Positions 51,132 through 59,217 of a DNA stretch of 64,000 nucleotides are shown here, piece by piece; the first letter of the stretch is position 1; the number at the start of each line of letters is the position of its first letter. This DNA is from an uncultured Gammaproteobacteria bacterium. GTDB lineage: Bacteria; Patescibacteriota; Microgenomatia; Levybacterales; UBA12049. The notes beneath the pieces were generated by a model that worked only from the letters and a program-made list of their open reading frames with translations, was not told the origin of the DNA and did no database searches. The position numbers and the translations under genes are program-made. The stretch covers positions 5,493 through 69,492 of the forward strand of contig CAYZZF010000002.1 of NCBI GenBank assembly GCA_964483115.1. Reading direction: 5' to 3'.

Positions 51132-52199
51132 ATGGATTCTTTTACTTCTTTGGAAAGCCAGATACAAAAGCTTGAGGAAAAAGTTAAATCAATAGAGCTT
51201 CCTTCGGATTTGCTGGAAAAAATAGAAGGGATGATAAATTTGCTTCGAGCAAGTCTTAAAAGTGGAAATGCCTCATTTATAAATTATGAAAGTGTTTCAG
51301 CCTATGTTAATTGGATTGTCTCTTTGCCTTTTGCTAAAGAAACTAAAGATATTCTAGATCTTCATCGGGCAAAAGAGATTTTGGATAAAAATCATTACGG
51401 ACTTTCGGGTGTCAAAAATAGAATTCTGGAGTATTTATCGGCAATTATTTTAAGTATGCAAAACAACACATCAGGAGGAGTGATACGAGCACCGATCCTT
51501 TGCTTAATTGGTCTTGTTGGAACTGGTAAGACAACACTTGCTTACTCTATTGCAGAGGCTCTGGGACGGAGGTTTGAGAGAATACCTTTTGGAGGAATGG
51601 GAGATGCAAGGGCACTACGCGGTCAGTCTCGCGCAATGTCTGATGCAGAACCAGGAGCTATCATTAAAAAATTAGTTAATGCCCAAAGTAAAAATGCTGT
51701 TATTCTTCTTGATGAACTAGATAGAGTGGCAGAGTCTGCTAGAGCTGACATTATGGGAGTTTTGGTGGAGCTTTTGGACCCCGAACAAAATAAAGCATTT
51801 ACAGACCATTATATTGACTATCCATTTGATTTGTCTCATGTTTTGTTTGTTACAACAGCAAATAATTCAACTAACATCTCAACAGCAGTATTAGACAGAC
51901 TTGAGATAATACAAATGCCTTCTTATTCAGATGAGGAGAAAACGTCCATTGCAAGAAGTTATCTATTCCCGAAAATTCGTACTCAGACAGGATTATCAGA
52001 ACAACAAATACTTATTGATGATGCTGTTTGGCCTTTGGTAATAAGACCTTTAGGTTTTGACTCGGGAATAAGAAGCCTTGAGAGGACAATTGAGGGGATT
52101 TGCAGAAAAACCGCAAGGTTTATTGTCGAAGGAAAAGTGCCCCAGGGAGCATCTGTCCACATAACAAGCGAGAATTTTAAACAATTTTTACTAACCTAA
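51132..52199 (+). CDS. Lon-like AAA+ ATPase module only (no N domain, no protease domain)
   Basis: LDKNHYGL..VK.RILEYL, GLVGTGKT, LLDELD, LLDPEQNKAFTDHY, DLS.V.F.TTAN, LDRLEII, G.R.LER. Confidence 0.85.
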   Translation: MDSFTSLESQIQKLEEKVKSIELPSDLLEKIEGMINLLRASLKSGNASFINYESVSAYVNWIVSLPFAKETKDILDLHRAKEILDKNHYGLSGVKNRILEYLSAIILSMQNNTSGGVIRAPILCLIGLVGTGKTTLAYSIAEALGRRFERIPFGGMGDARALRGQSRAMSDAEPGAIIKKLVNAQSKNAVILLDELDRVAESARADIMGVLVELLDPEQNKAFTDHYIDYPFDLSHVLFVTTANNSTNISTAVLDRLEIIQMPSYSDEEKTSIARSYLFPKIRTQTGLSEQQILIDDAVWPLVIRPLGFDSGIRSLERTIEGICRKTARFIVEGKVPQGASVHITSENFKQFLLT

Positions 52200-52200
52200 T

Positions 52201-52352
52201 GAAAATCACAGACATCAAATCACTCGCTTCGCAACGAGGCAAGCAAATCACAAATAAATTAAAAGCTACAATATCAAAAAGTCTTGAATTTTGAAGATTT
52301 GAAATTAAGTATTATTTGAAATTTGCTGCTTTTGGTTTGAAATTTAGATTCT
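52201..52352 (+). mobile_element. Heptamer-periodic inverted-repeat element, copy 2
   Basis: 52217-52255 is the exact reverse complement of 56227-56265; right arm is shared with the copy upstream of hrcA. Confidence 0.75.
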
Positions 52353-54023
52353 ATGGATAATCAACTATCATTTATTCCCTTAGGGGGAGTTGGAGATGTT
52401 ACAAAAAACATGTATCTTTATGAATATAAAGATGAGATTTTAATTGTTGATTGCGGATTTGGGTTTGCAGATGAGACAATGCCTGGAGTAGATCTTCTAA
52501 TTCCAGATATTTCTTACCTTAAAAAAACCTGCCTGCCGGAAGGCAAGGCTAACAAAAAGATCATCGCTATGATTTTGACCCACGGACATGAGGATCACAT
52601 TGGTGCGATTCCTTATGTACTTGCGAACCTTCCTAAATTCCCAATATTTGGCTCGAAACTAACAGCCGCTCTTGCCAATGAGAAACTTAAGGAGTTTGGT
52701 ATAAAGAACAATGTTCAGACCATTAACTTTAATCAAATACTTAATTTGGGAAGTTTTCAAGTGTCTTTTATAAGAGTTACTCATTCAATAATTGATTCAG
52801 CCCATATTCTTATTAAGACACCGGTTGGTAATTTTTATCATGGTAGTGACTTTAAGTTTGATCTTACGCCAGTTGATGGAAAACCATCAGAGCTTTCAAA
52901 GATTGCTAAGGCAGGAGAAGAGGGCGTCGTCTGTCTTTTTTCTGATTGTTTAGGAGCAGAAAGACCAGGACATTCACCTTCTGAACGGGCAATAACCCAG
53001 AGTTTTGAAGAAGAATTTAAAAAGACCAAAGGTAAAATATTTGTAACCACATATTCTTCAAATATTTCAAGATTAAATCAGGCAATTGATGTGGGAATAA
53101 AGCTTGGTCGAAAAGTTTGCTTTGTGGGAAGATCTCTTCTTAAATCTCGCGATATCGGAAAGAGGCTTGCCTACATGAATTACCCATCTTCTTTGGAAAT
53201 TGCGCCGCAGGATGTAAAAAAAATGAATCCAGCGCAGGTTCTTGTGCTTGTTGCAGGAAGTCAAGGGCAGGAGGATTCAGCTCTTGTAAGAGTTGCAAAC
53301 GGAGAAGACAGAGATATTAGGATTGCAAAAGATGACGTTGTTATTTTTTCGGCCGATCCCATTCCTGGTAATGAAACTAGCATTAATTCTTTAATCGATA
53401 CAATAGCAAGACAGGGAGCAAAAGTGGTTTATTCAGAAATTACCGATGAATTTCATGTTTCGGGTCATGGTTCTCAAAATGATCTAAAACTTCTTATTGA
53501 TCTTGTCCGTCCCAAATTTCTTTTTCCAATCGGCGGAACATATAGACAAATGGTTGCATATCGATATTTAGCAAAAGAGCTGGGTTTTGGAGAAAGGGAA
53601 GTGATATTATCTGATGATGGGCAAGAAATAAAATTTGATAAAAATACAATATCACTTGGAAAGAAAATTTCGCTTTCAAATATATTTGTAGATGAATTAA
53701 CAGGAGAAGCAATCGAGAATTATGTAGTATTTGACAGGGTTAAGATTGCAAAAGAAGGACTTATCATTGTGATAGTCGAAATAGATTCAAACACCGGGCA
53801 TCTCGCTTCTTCTCCTGATATATTAACAAAAGGATTTAAATACGAAAACATAAAAAATTTGGCAAAAAGAGTTCAGAGAGCCCTTGAAGAATCTATTGGA
53901 AAAAGAAGAGAAAAAGTTATTAATTGGGTTTATTATAAAAAGATTGTAGAGCGGGTTACAGAGCAAATTCTTTTTAAAGAAGGTAGACAGCCTCTTATAG
54001 TACCGGTTATCCTTGAAGTATAG
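52353..54023 (+). CDS. rnj: Ribonuclease J
   Basis: PLGG, THGHEDHIG, THSI.D, DFKFD, GSQG, IPGNE, HVSGH. Confidence 0.96.
   Translation: MDNQLSFIPLGGVGDVTKNMYLYEYKDEILIVDCGFGFADETMPGVDLLIPDISYLKKTCLPEGKANKKIIAMILTHGHEDHIGAIPYVLANLPKFPIFGSKLTAALANEKLKEFGIKNNVQTINFNQILNLGSFQVSFIRVTHSIIDSAHILIKTPVGNFYHGSDFKFDLTPVDGKPSELSKIAKAGEEGVVCLFSDCLGAERPGHSPSERAITQSFEEEFKKTKGKIFVTTYSSNISRLNQAIDVGIKLGRKVCFVGRSLLKSRDIGKRLAYMNYPSSLEIAPQDVKKMNPAQVLVLVAGSQGQEDSALVRVANGEDRDIRIAKDDVVIFSADPIPGNETSINSLIDTIARQGAKVVYSEITDEFHVSGHGSQNDLKLLIDLVRPKFLFPIGGTYRQMVAYRYLAKELGFGEREVILSDDGQEIKFDKNTISLGKKISLSNIFVDELTGEAIENYVVFDRVKIAKEGLIIVIVEIDSNTGHLASSPDILTKGFKYENIKNLAKRVQRALEESIGKRREKVINWVYYKKIVERVTEQILFKEGRQPLIVPVILEV
52528..52548. 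repeat. REP-like palindrome in-frame in rnj
   Basis: cctgcct-gccgga-aggcaagg, encoding TCLPEGKA after the PDISYL motif. Confidence 0.65.
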
Positions 54024-54040
54024 GTATATAATAAATTAGT

Positions 54041-56143
54041 ATGGCGAGAAGGCATTATAGAAGACGCAAGTTTAAGCTCAAACTTAAGAAAAGTACGGTT
54101 TATTCAATCTTTTCTTTTGGGCTAATTTTAATAGGTTTAATACTTCTTCTATCTTTTACCAAAAGTCAACCTTCATTTATTGTCTTGAGTAATCTTTTAC
54201 AAAAATATTTTGGTGCGGTTTCTTTTCTTTTGCCATTAGAGCTTATTTTTTTAGGATTTTTGTTTTTAAGACTTAAGTTTTTTTTGTCTCGTACCAACGT
54301 CTCGGTTGGTTTTTTCCTCCTTTTTTTATCTTTGGATGCTTTAATAAAAGGTGGAAAGTTTGGGGGATACCTTTTTAAGATATTGGCTGATATTCTTACA
54401 AATCTGGGAGCAAATATAGTTTATTTAGCAGGTGCATTTGTTGGTTTCATTGTTTTGTTTGATACTTCGATTGACGAGCTTTTGGATTTTTTCGTTTCTC
54501 TGTGGAAAATAATTTTGAAATTTTATCCAACCAAACTTCTCGCCTTTTTTAGAACAAAGAAAGCTACCGGCTTTAAAAATAGGCCAATAACCATAAGAGG
54601 AGGATTAAAAGAATCTCCAAGCTTAGCGAGTCGCGAGATAACAGTTGCCGCACAAGCTAAAAAAGACTCTATACTTCTTTCCGATAAGCTAGTTAGCAAT
54701 CCTTTAGCAACTGGAGTAGTGTGGGAGTATCCACCCTTATCTCTTCTTTCTGATTCATCGACGCAAAAGGCAGACAGAGGAGATATAAAAAGGGTAGCCA
54801 GTGTTATTGAAAATACGTTGCAGAGTTTTGGTATCGAAGCAAAAGTTGTTGAAGTAAATTTGGGTCCTGCTGTTACCCAATATGCACTTGAGATTGCTCT
54901 TGGAACAAAAGTTTCAAAAATTACTTCTCTTTCAAATGATTTAGCTCTTGCAACAGAAGCACCAACTGGACAGATAAGAATTGAGGCTCCTATTCCAGGA
55001 AGGAATTTGGTCGGGATAGAAATCCCCAATAGGAGTTTGGAAATTGTCGCACTTAAGACAATGCTTGAGTCAGATACAATGAGAAAAAGCAAGTCAAAGC
55101 TTACTGTGTCTTTGGGTCTTGATGTTTCGGGAAACCCCATTGTTGCTGATGTTAGTAGGATGCCCCATGTTTTGATTGCTGGAACAACGGGATCTGGAAA
55201 ATCAGTTCTTATAAATTCTTTCATAGCGTCTCTTTTATTTCGAGCCGCACCTTTTGAGGTAAAATTGATTCTTATTGATCCTAAAAGGGTAGAGCTTACC
55301 GGATACAATGGTATACCTCATCTTATGACACCTGTTATTGTTGAGATTGAAAAAATATTATCAGCTCTGAAGTGGGCAATGGATGAGATGGACCGACGTT
55401 ATAAAACCTTTGCCGAAAGAGGAGTTAGGAATATAGATGCTTATAATGAACTTTCAGGTTTTCAAGCCCTTCCTTATATTGTTATTCTAATAGACGAATT
55501 GGCAGACTTAATGGCATTTGCTCCGGTCGAGGTTGAAGATGCAATAGCCCGTCTTGCTCAGATGGCGCGTGCCACAGGAATTCATCTAGTTGTTTCCACT
55601 CAAAGACCATCAGTTGATGTTATAACAGGACTTATTAAAGCAAACATCCCTTGCCGTATTGCTTTTAATGTTTCATCAATGGTTGATTCAAGAGTTATAA
55701 TTGATATGCCAGGGTCTGAAAAACTTTTGGGCCGGGGCGATATGCTTTATATCCCGCCCGATCAAGCAAAACCAACCCGTATACAGGGAGCATATGTTTC
55801 GGACAGAGAAGTCAAAAAGTTGGTTGACTATCTCAAATCAAAAGGCCCGCCAGTTGAATACACAGAAGAGGTTACCTCAAAGCCGCTTGTGACCCGAGGA
55901 GGAGGATTTTTTGGAGCTGGGCGCGACCCACTTTTTGAAGAAGCAATAAGGATTGTTTGTCAACATGACAGAGCATCTGCATCTCTTCTTCAACGTAGGC
56001 TTTCAATCGGTTATTCAAGAGCTGCCCGGATTTTGGATCAGCTTGAAGAAGCAGAAATTGTAGGACACGCAGAAGGCTCAAAGCCGCGAGATGTGTTAAT
56101 TAGAAATGCAGAAGAACTAATAAGCAGCTTGCAGGAACAATAA
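54041..56143 (+). CDS. ftsK: DNA translocase FtsK/SpoIIIE
   Basis: N-terminal TM helices; GPAVTQY, MPHVLIAGTTGSGKS, IDPKRVEL, IDELADLM, TQRPSVDVITG; gamma domain SASLLQRRL. Confidence 0.96.
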   Translation: MARRHYRRRKFKLKLKKSTVYSIFSFGLILIGLILLLSFTKSQPSFIVLSNLLQKYFGAVSFLLPLELIFLGFLFLRLKFFLSRTNVSVGFFLLFLSLDALIKGGKFGGYLFKILADILTNLGANIVYLAGAFVGFIVLFDTSIDELLDFFVSLWKIILKFYPTKLLAFFRTKKATGFKNRPITIRGGLKESPSLASREITVAAQAKKDSILLSDKLVSNPLATGVVWEYPPLSLLSDSSTQKADRGDIKRVASVIENTLQSFGIEAKVVEVNLGPAVTQYALEIALGTKVSKITSLSNDLALATEAPTGQIRIEAPIPGRNLVGIEIPNRSLEIVALKTMLESDTMRKSKSKLTVSLGLDVSGNPIVADVSRMPHVLIAGTTGSGKSVLINSFIASLLFRAAPFEVKLILIDPKRVELTGYNGIPHLMTPVIVEIEKILSALKWAMDEMDRRYKTFAERGVRNIDAYNELSGFQALPYIVILIDELADLMAFAPVEVEDAIARLAQMARATGIHLVVSTQRPSVDVITGLIKANIPCRIAFNVSSMVDSRVIIDMPGSEKLLGRGDMLYIPPDQAKPTRIQGAYVSDREVKKLVDYLKSKGPPVEYTEEVTSKPLVTRGGGFFGAGRDPLFEEAIRIVCQHDRASASLLQRRLSIGYSRAARILDQLEEAEIVGHAEGSKPRDVLIRNAEELISSLQEQ

Positions 56144-56281
56144 AAATAAAATTCCAAATTCAAAGCAGCAAATTTCAAATAATAATTAAATTCAGATTTT
56201 TAAGATCTAAAACATTTGAATTTTGAATTTGTGATTTGCTTGCCTCGTTGCGAAGCGAGTGATTTTGGATTTGTAATTCAA
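56144..56281 (-). mobile_element. Heptamer-periodic inverted-repeat element, copy 3 (inverted relative to copy 2)
   Basis: Shares the 39-nt block with copy 2 and the tattatttgaaatttgctgcttt arm (as reverse complement). Confidence 0.75.
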
Positions 56282-56285
56282 TGCT

Positions 56286-56915
56286 ATGATAAGAGTTGGG
56301 CAAAGACTTGAGGAGGAACGTGTAAAAAAAAGGTTAACTCTTAAAGAGGTTTCGTCGGCAACAAAAATAAGAGTAGAATTTCTGCAAGCTCTAGAAAGAG
56401 GAGATTATAAAAGGCTTCCTTCTGCTTCCTATGCCCAAGGTTTTGTCAGAAACTATGCTAAATTTTTGGAAATGCCAGAGGAAGAGACACTTGCGCTATT
56501 TAGAAGAGAATTTGATGAAAAAAAAGAATTTAAAGTTTTGCCGGAAGGATTAATCGAGTCCTCTTTCCCTATTCGCCGATTTAAAATAAAACAAATAGTT
56601 TTATTGGTTATTCTAGTTTTTCTCTTGCTTTTTGGATATATAGTTTTCCAATACAGGTATGCTATATTCAGTCCTCCTCTTAATGTAGCAACCCCTCAGG
56701 AGACAGCAGAAATTTCCTCCCAGACATTAGATGTAAGCGGTACCACTGATCCTGCATCAACCATTTTTGTAGATGGTGAGCAGGTTTCAGTTAATAGTGA
56801 TGGGACTTTTAAAAAAGAAATAGTTGTTTTTCCTGGTAAAACAATAATTACAATAAAGGCAGTCAATAGATTTGGTAAGCAAACCATCATAAAGCGCCAT
56901 GTTGTGGTAAAATAA
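56286..56915 (+). CDS. RodZ-like protein (XRE HTH, TM, Ig-like domain)
   Basis: G..L...R....L.L..V...TKIR..FL.ALE.G....LP...Y..GFVRNYA.FL; follows ftsK. Confidence 0.82.
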   Translation: MIRVGQRLEEERVKKRLTLKEVSSATKIRVEFLQALERGDYKRLPSASYAQGFVRNYAKFLEMPEEETLALFRREFDEKKEFKVLPEGLIESSFPIRRFKIKQIVLLVILVFLLLFGYIVFQYRYAIFSPPLNVATPQETAEISSQTLDVSGTTDPASTIFVDGEQVSVNSDGTFKKEIVVFPGKTIITIKAVNRFGKQTIIKRHVVVK

Positions 56916-56921
56916 CAAATT

Positions 56922-57310
56922 ATGAATTTACAGAAGTTAATTAAGTACGCAGAAAGCCCTGACAATTCGATAATCCGAACAGAGATTTGGAGAGATTTTG
57001 TCGGATGGAACAACCGGAGACGCGGAGAGAACGGGTTTTTACCAAACCAATTAAAAAATCATAATTTAAAGAAAGTTTTGGATGTAGCACTTGGCGATGG
57101 TGTCGGCAAGTTTTGCAGATATTACAAATAATCATATACTAATTCAGTATGAGCATAAACATGGCAAGAAAGTGTACTACTACGGCTATCCATTTAAAAA
57201 AGGAGAATTATTCTTTTAAAAGAGGCAGGAGTTTCAAGAATTGAGCAGTACAGCGATTATGAGCTGGGAGACAATCCCAATGCAGATTTTTATTGGTACG
57301 TCTCTGGGTT
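56922..57310 (+). pseudogene. Class I SAM methyltransferase remnant (glycine/sarcosine N-methyltransferase-like)
   Basis: W..FVGW..R..GE..FL...L......VLDVALGDG, then a deletion; downstream frames read YPFKKGEL and LLKEAGVSRIEQYSDY...DFY. Confidence 0.6.
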
Positions 57311-57510
57311 AAATAAAAACACTTTGTTACAACAATATTATAACGATTATAGTCTAAATCTTGTCTTTATCCATCAATCTTCTTTCTTAGGTTGTTAGCC
57401 TATTAACCTACTAGGTCTTTTGCGGATTGTTTGTTTATGATTGATCCCGCACCAATTAAATGTTTGAAAGACTGATATTTAAAGCTATAGTTTTACCGAT
57501 TGGCGCTGGG

Positions 57511-57539
57511 TTGACATTTAAAAATTCCAATGTTATCTT
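57511..57539 (+). promoter_or_regulatory. Sigma70-type promoter for 57548..57823
   Basis: TTGACA, 17-nt spacer ending TGT, TATCTT, 8 nt before the ATG. Confidence 0.65.
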
Positions 57540-57547
57540 AATAAAGT

Positions 57548-57823
57548 ATGATAGATCCTGCCCAAACAGCACTATTTTTAGTAATTATAGTTTTGACACT
57601 TCTTCTTTTGGTATTGGGTATTCAAGTTTTTTTTATTTTAAGGGAGCTTAGAAAAACTGTTGATAAGGCAAATAAAGTTCTAGATGATACAGGAGTTATA
57701 ACCGAAAGCGTCTCAGCTCCTATTGCCAATCTTTCGACTCTTGCCACAGGAATAAAAACAGGTGCGGCAATTGCAGGTCTTTTAAAAAAGAAAAAATTAA
57801 AAAGGAGAACTGAAGATGAATAA
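57548..57823 (+). CDS. DUF948/YoxC-like small membrane protein
   Basis: TM then amphipathic helix; paired with a YtxH-like gene. Confidence 0.65.
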   Translation: MIDPAQTALFLVIIVLTLLLLVLGIQVFFILRELRKTVDKANKVLDDTGVITESVSAPIANLSTLATGIKTGAAIAGLLKKKKLKRRTEDE

Positions 57824-58136
57824 CAGTGGCAACGGAAACAGATTTTTTGATGGATTCTTGTGGGGAGCTATTATAGGTGGAGGATTGGTGTTTCTTCTTG
57901 GGACAAAAAAAGGAAAAAAACTTCTCAAGACGATTTCTGAAGAAGGTGTGGAAGGGCTTTCAGAACTACTCGAAGAGCAGATTGATAAAGAAGAAGATTT
58001 TGAGAATGAAGTTCCTGAACAAGTTCCTCAAATCAAGCCGTCAAACGGAAACGGAGTCGTAAAACAAACTCAAGAATCTGTCTCTGTTAAGAAAGAAACA
58101 AAACCTGCAAGAAGATTTTTTAGAAGAAAATCTTAA
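57816..58136 (+). CDS. YtxH-like protein
   Basis: F..GFL.GAIIGG...FLL...KGK. Confidence 0.65.
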   Translation: MNNSGNGNRFFDGFLWGAIIGGGLVFLLGTKKGKKLLKTISEEGVEGLSELLEEQIDKEEDFENEVPEQVPQIKPSNGNGVVKQTQESVSVKKETKPARRFFRRKS

Positions 58137-58145
58137 TAAGATTCT

Positions 58146-58256
58146 GCGTTGAGGTTGCTCACGAAAATCTTCTTGTTCCGCAGATCATACTATATCTAAA
58201 CTTTTTACTGGTCTATTCCAACTGCGAACAGCGAAAATTTTGTAAGCCCCTCACGC
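58146..58256. other. Long interrupted hairpin between convergent genes (ncRNA or MITE candidate)
   Basis: Nested stems gcgt(t)gagg/cctcacgc, gctcacgaaaat/attttgtaagc and tgttc(c)gcag/ctgcgaaca. Confidence 0.5.
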
Positions 58257-58260
58257 TAAA

Positions 58261-59217
58261 TTATAATCCGTATTTTTTGATGTTTGTGTTGTGTTGTTCA
58301 ATAGTCTCTGAAAAATGCAAATTCCCGTTTTTGTCCGAGATATAATATAGATAATTTGTTTGTGCAGGATTTACTGCAGCAGAAAGTGCTGAAAGTCCAG
58401 GATTTGAAATAGGAGTTGGGGGAAGACCCACATTTTTATAAGTATTGTAGGCAGATGTGATGTTTAAATCATCTGCTGATAAGCTCTTTTTCCACCATGT
58501 TTGCGTAGACTCTTGGTAACCAAGAGCATATTGGATCGTTGCGTCAACATCAAGCTTCATACCAATCTTAAGTCTATTTAATATTACACTTGCAACCAGT
58601 GGTCTGTCCTGCGGAAATTTTGCCTCCCTTTCAACTATTGATGCGACCGTAACTATTTCATTTTTTGATAAACTTGAACGACTTATATCAATAGTTTTAT
58701 ATTTTTTATCAAAGTTGCCTTTCATAAGAGTTACAATCAGGTTTATATCAGCATCTTTTGGAATAAGATAAGTATCTGGAAAAAGATAGCCTTCATTTGT
58801 TACAAGGATATTTTGCCACTGCGGTTTGTAGGTTGGGATGTTTTTTTTAAGAAGCTCCGCAACTTCCGTAGCTCTTATGCCTTCAGGAATTGTGACCCAA
58901 ATATCAAGTGTGCCATGAGTTAGGTTCTGAATTATGTTGTAGAGACTCATGGACGGACTTAAACGAAAGTCTCCAGCCTCAAGATCTTTATCAAACCCTA
59001 ATCTTTTTGTGAGAAGAAAGAATATAATAGGATCCTTGATAAGCCCTCTTTTTTTAAGGCTATTTCCGATTTCTCTTACTCCTTCTCCTTTTGAAATAAC
59101 AAATATCTGCGAGGTTTTATTTGTAGTATCAGCAGGCTGTAAGCCATTTTTCCACCAGATAATTCCGCCTGCAGTGATAAATACAATGATAATGATAAGA
59201 ATAAATAACCTTCTCAT
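58261..59217 (-). CDS. mltG: Endolytic transglycosylase MltG (YceG)
   Basis: VTIPEG, EGYLFPDTY, ASIVERE, V..NRL..GM.L..DAT, YNTY...GLPPTPISNPG. Confidence 0.95.
   Translation of the reverse strand: MRRLFILIIIIVFITAGGIIWWKNGLQPADTTNKTSQIFVISKGEGVREIGNSLKKRGLIKDPIIFFLLTKRLGFDKDLEAGDFRLSPSMSLYNIIQNLTHGTLDIWVTIPEGIRATEVAELLKKNIPTYKPQWQNILVTNEGYLFPDTYLIPKDADINLIVTLMKGNFDKKYKTIDISRSSLSKNEIVTVASIVEREAKFPQDRPLVASVILNRLKIGMKLDVDATIQYALGYQESTQTWWKKSLSADDLNITSAYNTYKNVGLPPTPISNPGLSALSAAVNPAQTNYLYYISDKNGNLHFSETIEQHNTNIKKYGL

Noticed and set aside
54523-55308. 261-aa antisense ORF, and the many other 60-180-aa ORFs overlapping groEL, dnaK, pnp, infB, clp and others
   Set aside because: They are shadows of well-conserved genes on the opposite strand or frame and have no recognisable motifs.
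30667-56281. Repeated intergenic elements as a CRISPR array
   Set aside because: Copies are dispersed and degenerate with no repeat-spacer periodicity, and no cas genes are present.
58146-58256. SRP RNA, 6S RNA or tRNA assignment for the long hairpin
   Set aside because: No SRP domain IV motif, too short for a typical 6S RNA, and no cloverleaf or T-loop; kept only as an unassigned structure.
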